Shown here piece after piece: positions 26,467-32,000 of a stretch of 32,000 nucleotides of DNA. The notes beneath the pieces are model-generated. The model was not told the DNA's origin and ran no database searches. It saw nothing but the letters and a program-made list of their open reading frames with translations. The position numbers and the translations under genes are program-made. How positions within the stretch are numbered: position 1 is the first letter of the stretch; every line of letters starts with the position of its first letter. Location of the stretch: assembly GCF_000007185.1 (NCBI RefSeq), contig NC_003551.1, positions 270,001 to 302,000 of the forward strand, written 5' to 3'. The stretch is from Methanopyrus kandleri AV19 (lineage in GTDB: Archaea > JAADCQ01 > Methanopyri > Methanopyrales > Methanopyraceae).

Positions 26467-27540
26467 ATGGCGGAGGTCAGGCTCGAGCCCGTGAAGGAGG
26501 TGTCCCCGCCGCTGCTGCGCGTGGTCAGGAAGGGCGTCGAGGAGAGGGAACTCGTGATTAACACGTCCAAATGCGCCGCCTGCGGGATCTGCGAGGCGGC
26601 CTGCCCCGTGGGCGCCATCTCCGTGGCACCGCCGTCCGCCGTCGTGCGCAAGGGAGAGGACCCGATCGACGTCGACGAGAGCAAGTGCGTCCTCTGCGGA
26701 ATCTGCGCCTTCGTGTGCCCGTACGACGTCATCCAGCTGCTCGTCAACGGGAAGCCCATGACCGAGGCCGGGCTGCCCAATCTTCCGAAGTCGGTGGAGG
26801 TGGACGAGGAGGAGTGCGTGTACTGCTCCCTGTGCGCCGACACCTGCCCGCAGGAGGCCATCACGGTCGAGCGCGAGGTCCCGACGCCCGGTGATCTCGT
26901 GATGGGAGAGATCGAGATCGACGAGGAGAAGTGTATCTACTGTAAGGCCTGCGAGGAGGCGTGCCCGGCCGACGCCATCACGGTCGAGCGACCGAAGCCC
27001 AGCGCCGCGGATCCCGAGCCCGAGTTCACCATCGAGGTCGACGAGGACAAGTGCGTGTACTGCGGTGTGTGCATGAGGACGTGCCCGGTGGACGCGATCA
27101 AGGTCGGCTGTATGGTCTGCTACGGTACCACCCGCGGCGAGATCCCGGCGAAGGGCGAGGTCGACGGGTCCGTCGACGTCGACCCGAGCTCCTGCGTGTA
27201 CTGCGGGTGGTGCGGCTTCGTCTGCCCGGTAGACGCCATCGAGGTGATCAAGCCGTACGAGGGCACCCTTGAGGTCGACGACGAGGAGTGCGTCGGCTGC
27301 GGACTGTGCGTCGAGGTGTGCCCGTGCGGCGCGCTGGAGTTCGAGAAGGGCGGCAAGGCCGGCAAGACCAAGATCGTGGCGCACCCGGAGACCTGCGCCT
27401 ACTGCGGAGCGTGCGCCCGGGCGTGTCCGGTGAACGCCATCACCGTCGTCCGTGAGGGCGTCACGGCGATGCCGGAGCTGCCCACCAAGGCCTGGAAGAA
27501 GGCCCTGGACCGCGTCCTAGGTCCCGTGGAGAAGGAGTAG
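26467..27540 (+). CDS. polyferredoxin with eight [4Fe-4S] CX2CX2CX3CP motifs (FwdF/MvhB-like)
   Basis: Eight motifs counted, e.g. CAACGICEAACP, CVLCGICAFVCP, CVYCSLCADTCP, CIYCKACEEACP, CVYCGVCMRTCP, CVYCGWCGFVCP, CVGCGLCVEVCP, CAYCGACARACP. ATG 26467 chosen over the longer track ORF. Confidence 0.92.
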   Translation: MAEVRLEPVKEVSPPLLRVVRKGVEERELVINTSKCAACGICEAACPVGAISVAPPSAVVRKGEDPIDVDESKCVLCGICAFVCPYDVIQLLVNGKPMTEAGLPNLPKSVEVDEEECVYCSLCADTCPQEAITVEREVPTPGDLVMGEIEIDEEKCIYCKACEEACPADAITVERPKPSAADPEPEFTIEVDEDKCVYCGVCMRTCPVDAIKVGCMVCYGTTRGEIPAKGEVDGSVDVDPSSCVYCGWCGFVCPVDAIEVIKPYEGTLEVDDEECVGCGLCVEVCPCGALEFEKGGKAGKTKIVAHPETCAYCGACARACPVNAITVVREGVTAMPELPTKAWKKALDRVLGPVEKE

Positions 27541-27653
27541 CTTCCCTCCCGTCCGACCTGATTCCTTCCGCGGTGAGTAGGGATAGAAACGGAGTCGAAG
27601 AACTCGAGAACGGCTTACCGTGAAACGGAAACGGTACGGGCCGAACCGCGGGC

Positions 27654-28406
27654 CTACTTCCCGGGCTCGACCCCGACGCGTTCCCTCACGGTCGACTCCA
27701 CCAGCTCGCTTTCACGCACGACACTGTAGAGGGCCCGCCATCCACCGCCCTCGTTCCACCACGTCTCGAACTCGCCCCCGAGCTTCTCCGACAGCCACGC
27801 GCAGAGACAGAGTCCGAGCAGCCGGGCTCCACGTCCGTCGTACGCCCGCTGAAGCGCCTCGGACAACTGTTCCGCGCGATCGTCGTAACGGTCGACCAGG
27901 TACTCACCTACGTCGTCCAGTACGGCCAGGGAGACCAGCGTCCGGACGGCGGGATGGTGGGTCAGATCGAGGACGGACGACGACAGCTCCTCGGTGTTCG
28001 CACCCCACACCACCAGCGTCAGCTCGGGCGTCAGGACCGGGAAGCCGATCGTGCACCGACCCCTCGTCAGACTCCGTAGCGTCCTGAGAGCGGGCGACGA
28101 CGGTTCCGCGTCCCCGAGCACTTGATCCAGCGCGTCCTCCGGACATTCCACACCCTTGACCCTTCTCACGGACACCCGGGCTACTGACGCCAAACGCGCC
28201 ACGGCTCGACCGATCGGCCACACCTCGTCGGGCCTCCTGATCCTGACCCGTCCCTTGGAGCGACGCTCCCTGATTATGTCCCAGGCACGGACTACCGCGC
28301 CGTCCACGACCTCGTCGGGGACGCCGAAGACGCGTTTGACGTACTTACCATCGAACGACGCCTCGGTCAAATCCGGACCCCCGATCCGTACCTCCGTCTG
28401 TTCCAA
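27654..28406 (-). CDS. hypothetical protein, overlaps the 3' end of the ParA-like gene by 40 nt
   Basis: Coding bias present, 250 aa, no family recognised. Confidence 0.55.
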   Translation of the reverse strand: MEQTEVRIGGPDLTEASFDGKYVKRVFGVPDEVVDGAVVRAWDIIRERRSKGRVRIRRPDEVWPIGRAVARLASVARVSVRRVKGVECPEDALDQVLGDAEPSSPALRTLRSLTRGRCTIGFPVLTPELTLVVWGANTEELSSSVLDLTHHPAVRTLVSLAVLDDVGEYLVDRYDDRAEQLSEALQRAYDGRGARLLGLCLCAWLSEKLGGEFETWWNEGGGWRALYSVVRESELVESTVRERVGVEPGK

Positions 28407-29494
28407 TCCGCCCGGATGTGCCGGGCCACCTCGCGGAAGTACCCCGAGTGCCTCTTGTCGGGACGCGCCCGGACCGGGATCCCGAGGGCCGATGCGAACC
28501 GGATGACGGGGCGCTCGGGGATCTTGACGACCTCGTCCTTGTTGAGGGGGATCTTGTTGAGGATCCTGTTTAGAACTCCGTCGAAGAACTTGGCCTCCCG
28601 GGTCAGGCCGTCCGGTGGGACCCTGTTCACCACCGCGAGCCTCGTCACGTAAAGCTTGCAGAATAAGGACAGTTGCCTCACGTTCTCGGGGTCCACGACG
28701 GGGATCACCAAATCGACCTGCGTGAGGATACCCGCGAAAGTGTCGGAAGCCGCGTTCATCGGGGGAGTGTCGACGACGCCCAACGGTGGCGAGCTCAAGT
28801 ACTCGCGGAGCTTCGAGTCCAGGGACCCACGGTCCTCTAGGTACTGAAACAGCAGCTCGTTCGCCGCCGCCAGCAAACGCCTGAGCGGTTTAACCCGTCT
28901 AATCCGGATGTTTTTAGGCACCGCCAGGAGTGCCGGGGCGAAGGACGCGTCGCTGTCGACCAGCCCGTAGCTACCGAACGACCCGTTAACGCCATCGACC
29001 GGGACGGGCTCGTCCGGATCGTACTCGACCACCTGAACGTCCAGCTCCGGTATGGGACTGTGCAGCGATCGGAGCCGGAACGGCCCGTCCTCGAACATCT
29101 TCTTGAGCGTCCTACCGCCTTCGTCGCTCCGGCCCTGGGGATCCAAGTCGAAGAACACCACGGGCCGGCGGGGCACCCCGTCGAAACCCTGGTAGTAACG
29201 TGCGAACTCGAGGCCGACGTTGAACGCAACCGTGGACTTGCCGGTACCTCCCTTGTAGGCCGTGAACCCCACTAGGAACGGCGCCGCGGGCTCCCGGGAG
29301 GGCAACCCGCATCCCCCGCGAGCTCGAGGCATAGGGCCGGTAACCGGTGTTAGAAGCACTTGACCGCTACCGTTCTCATCCGGCGTTAACGGTAAGTCGA
29401 CGGATAGGACCGGGCACTCCCGCCCCGGCGGTGTGACTTTCGGCGGAATGTCGGTGTAACTTGAGGTTACGCTTTGGTTGCGTTTGAGTTTCAA
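28367..29494 (-). CDS. ParA/MinD-family P-loop ATPase (start uncertain; ATG 29332 is an alternative)
   Basis: Deviant Walker A KGGTGKST, DLDPQG, and Walker B-like VVDTPP. Confidence 0.85.
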   Translation of the reverse strand: MKLKRNQSVTSSYTDIPPKVTPPGRECPVLSVDLPLTPDENGSGQVLLTPVTGPMPRARGGCGLPSREPAAPFLVGFTAYKGGTGKSTVAFNVGLEFARYYQGFDGVPRRPVVFFDLDPQGRSDEGGRTLKKMFEDGPFRLRSLHSPIPELDVQVVEYDPDEPVPVDGVNGSFGSYGLVDSDASFAPALLAVPKNIRIRRVKPLRRLLAAANELLFQYLEDRGSLDSKLREYLSSPPLGVVDTPPMNAASDTFAGILTQVDLVIPVVDPENVRQLSLFCKLYVTRLAVVNRVPPDGLTREAKFFDGVLNRILNKIPLNKDEVVKIPERPVIRFASALGIPVRARPDKRHSGYFREVARHIRADWNRRRYGSGVRI

Positions 29495-29529
29495 ATCGTA
29501 TTGTTATGGGTTACGTAACAATTTCAAAG

Positions 29530-29603
29530 TGGGCCCGCCGGGATTTGAACCCGGGACCACCGGCTCGTCAGGCCGGCGTTCTGCCGGGCTGAACTGCGGG
29601 CCC
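29530..29603 (-). tRNA. tRNA-Val (anticodon GAC), no encoded CCA, C at position 8
   Basis: Hand-folded: GGGCCCG/CGGGCCC acceptor, GTTC/GAAC D stem, CCGGC-CTGACGA-GCCGG anticodon arm, CCGGG-TTCAAAT-CCCGG T arm. Confidence 0.88.
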
Positions 29604-29622
29604 GTCCCCGCCACAGTTGAGG

Positions 29623-31078
29623 TCACTTCTCCCGGTATTTGAGTCTTATGCCCCGGACGGAGCCTCCGAGCGCCTTCAGCGCCCTCTCCGTCCTCTCGGC
29701 CTTGGCCCGGGAGTAGGCGAACCCCACGTCGCTCAGGAACCGCATCACGTCCTCCCGACCGCAGATGAAGAGGCGTTCCGTCACCCTCACCTTACCGTCC
29801 TCCGTCGTGTAACACCGCTCCCGGTTCAGGCCCCATCTACAGCCCGCGACCTCCTCCAACATCTCACCGATCTCGGTCATGAAGAGGTGCAGGGAACCCA
29901 GGTACACGGCCGACTTCGCCTGGGTCAGGCCGATCGCGTACCGACCGTCGGACCCCGTCAGCCATCCGTCCGCCCCGAAGAGACCGGCGAGGAACTCGGC
30001 CTTGACGCCGGGAGGCGCGCGCAGGATCCACCCGGGTACCCCGTAGACGCGCTCGACCTTCGGGCTTCGGGGCATCCCGAGGAGCTCCAGGTAGCGGGCG
30101 AAGGCGCGCGAGTGCACGTGGAGCTCGACCATGTCCTTCGTGTCCCACCGTCTGAGACCCGTCCCGACGCCGAGCGTGGCGAGGTCGTCGGCGAGGTCAC
30201 GGAGACCCTCGGGTTCGCCGGCGAAAGTCAGCCGCAGTTGTCCGTCGATCTCGTGGAGGCTACCGTCGCCGAGGGCGTACCCGAGCACGCGGGCGAGGAG
30301 CGGGATCTTGTGGTCGTCGAGCGCGATCGGGAGGAGACCGCGGCGTCGGAGGTAGGTCCCCTGTCGGTCCGGGAGCCCGGGATCCCGGAGGACGGGTTCA
30401 GGCGGGTCGGAGACCGGTTCGGCCCGGAGTCGCTCGATCCGATGGTCCAGTCGGGTCCCGAGACGGTGGGCCTCGCGCCGCTTGCGGGTGTGGTACGGGA
30501 ACCCGACGTCGGTGAGGAACCCGTGGACGTGGGTGTCCCCGTCGATATGGAGATGGGTGCGGAGGTACTCGCGTCCGGAGGGGCCGGTGGCGACGGCGTG
30601 GACCCCGAGGGTCACCAGGAGGTCCAGGACGTCCCGCATGAAGGCCGCGAGCCCGTCCCGGTGGCGGGCGGGTGAGGTCATCGTCAGGGTGACGCGCGGC
30701 GTGGTCGGGGGAGCTGTCGGCGATGGAGGCCCGGGCGTCGAAGAGACCGGAGAGGTAGGCGGCCTTGAGGTGGGTCGGGACGCGGTGAACGGCGTCGGGA
30801 ACCCTCGGTCCGGTCTCGCGTCGGGGGCCGAGGGGGAGGCCGAGCCGGAGGAGCTCGTCGGCGACAGTCTTGGAGTCGATCTTGAGGGCTCGGGGTTCCG
30901 TCTGGTGGGCGATGTCCAGGGCGCGGAGGTCCCGTCGTAGTCCCTCGAGGGCTCCGGGGTCCACGGCGATGCGCACGCGGCGGACGGTGGTGTTCCGGTC
31001 CCGACGGCGGTACTCGGTGATGGAGCCGCGGGCGGAGACGTAACCCAACACGCGAAACAGTTCGGGGTTGTGTTCCAT
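29623..31078 (-). pseudogene. free-standing LAGLIDADG-family protein with four LAGLIDADG-type motifs, one frameshift
   Basis: Motifs are LFRVLGYVSARGSI, YLSGLFDARASI, LARVLGYALGDGSL and FLAGLFGADGWL. ORFs 30398..31078 and 29623..30681 join at the GCCGCGCG repeat (plus strand 30691-30700). Confidence 0.72.
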
Positions 31079-31350
31079 TCCGATGATGCCCGAGCAGTCG
31101 TTCGAGTACCAATGGGTTACCGTGTACGTTCTCGGTTTGCGATAGAAATCATACCGTGCTCGGTGTCAGTGTTAACGTGATGGTGGACGTTTACTTCATT
31201 CCGGAACGTTATCACATCCCGATTCGGGCGTGGTGTGAGCCGTCCGTACTCGGGGGGCGTGAGAAGAGCACTAGTGGCCGCGATTGTCCTGACCACGGAG
31301 GAAGAGCTCGGAGAAACCGACTAAACACCACCGCGACCGGCCGCGGTCCC

Positions 31351-31835
31351 TCACGGGCCCGACCAGGACCGCCCGAACGCGTTCCAGGCCCAAGCCTCAC
31401 CCGGCCGTACCCGACGTAGCACGTCGCCCACCCGTTCCCCGCAGAGCAGCGCCGTCCTCGCGCCCACCACGCGCCAGTCCCGACCCAGCACATCCAGCCG
31501 GGGCGTAGCTACTCCAGGACCCCCGAGCGATGCCAGCTCCTCCACGACCCAGCCCGCATCACCGTCCGACAACCGAACCCCGGACTCCCCGACAGTGCCC
31601 GCCGAACCCCCTCAGCGACCACCTCAGCCCGGGTCTCGTCCAACAGCAGCACGACCGGGTCGTTTCCCACCTGCTCCACCAACAGGCTCGCCGGGGACAG
31701 CTCCATCCCGAGCAACCGATCCGACTCAGGCTCCAGCGCCTGCAGCACCGCATCCAGCACCAGCCAGGCCCCGCCCGGCACCTTTCCGTACGCCTCCACC
31801 AGCGTCGGCTCCAAGTGCACGCGGGTCAAAAACAC
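31351..31835 (-). pseudogene. hypothetical protein, apparently frameshifted
   Basis: Coding-like ORFs 31509..31835 and 31351..31572 overlap in different frames. The junction region contains the G-runs TCGGGGAG and CCGGGGTT. Confidence 0.35.
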
Positions 31836-32000
31836 CTGAGGTCACCCTGAGCCCCCCACCCGGCCCGACTAATAAGCACCCACATTCACGTCCGAGCCGC
31901 GGGCCGGCAGGCGTTTCCGAATCACATAATCAGATTTCCTAAAAGCGGCCCGCGAGCGCCCGCACCCCCACACCGGCAGCCTGATCCCCCCACCGGCCGC

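Noticed and set aside
26170-27384. 404-aa ORF antisense to the polyferredoxin gene
   Set aside because: It is Arg/Ala/Gly/Leu/Asp-rich with no motifs. The plus strand carries eight perfect ferredoxin motifs. This is a typical mirror ORF of GC-rich coding DNA.
29510-29519. Perfect 10-bp palindromes (GTTACGTAAC here; GGACGCGTCC at 20461-20470) as specific binding sites
   Set aside because: About 30 such palindromes are expected by chance in 32 kb, so on their own they are not significant. The first is kept only as context in the ParA finding.
29617-30675. 352-aa plus-strand ORF opposite the LAGLIDADG gene
   Set aside because: It has no motifs and Pro/Gly/Glu/Val-rich composition. The minus strand has four LAGLIDADG-type motifs.

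Overview
High-GC archaeal chromosomal window of about 60% GC with very acidic proteins. I infer it is Methanopyrus kandleri or a very close relative, from three signs: a stand-alone 358-aa reverse gyrase A subunit carrying the topo-IA active-site motif GLITYHRTDS, two tRNA genes that both encode C at position 8, and GGAGGTGA-type Shine-Dalgarno sites. About two thirds of the window is tightly packed, intact housekeeping genes: hemL, tRNA-Thr, ribH, pcm, an MBL hydrolase, a connectase-like proteasome-beta homolog, a radical SAM / DUF59 / flavodoxin trio, rgyA, dcd, a metallophosphoesterase, an orphan LarC C-terminal domain, an MgtC-like membrane protein, a NOL1/NOP2/Sun methyltransferase, serA and an 8-cluster polyferredoxin. 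The unusual part is a divergently organised accessory locus of about 9 kb (17.3-26.2 kb). It encodes orphan exported, C-terminally anchored proteins, a secreted transglutaminase-fold Cys-His-Asp enzyme, internal paralogs, and an unannotated 51-aa membrane protein. A roughly 0.7 kb tract of about 30-35% GC crosses a gene boundary there. The locus also has many reading-frame interruptions: signal peptides in the wrong frame, a G6-run frameshift and an in-frame TAG. Other notable items are a minimal GGDEF-like palm domain (GTEEF motif) wedged between serA and the methyltransferase, a flavodoxin-like gene that seems to initiate at ATA behind a perfect SD, a frameshifted four-motif LAGLIDADG gene abutting tRNA-Val, and a ParA-like ATPase with an overlapping partner gene. 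No CRISPR array, rRNA or recognisable transposase/integrase was seen. All family assignments come from motif recognition by eye, and no database search was possible.
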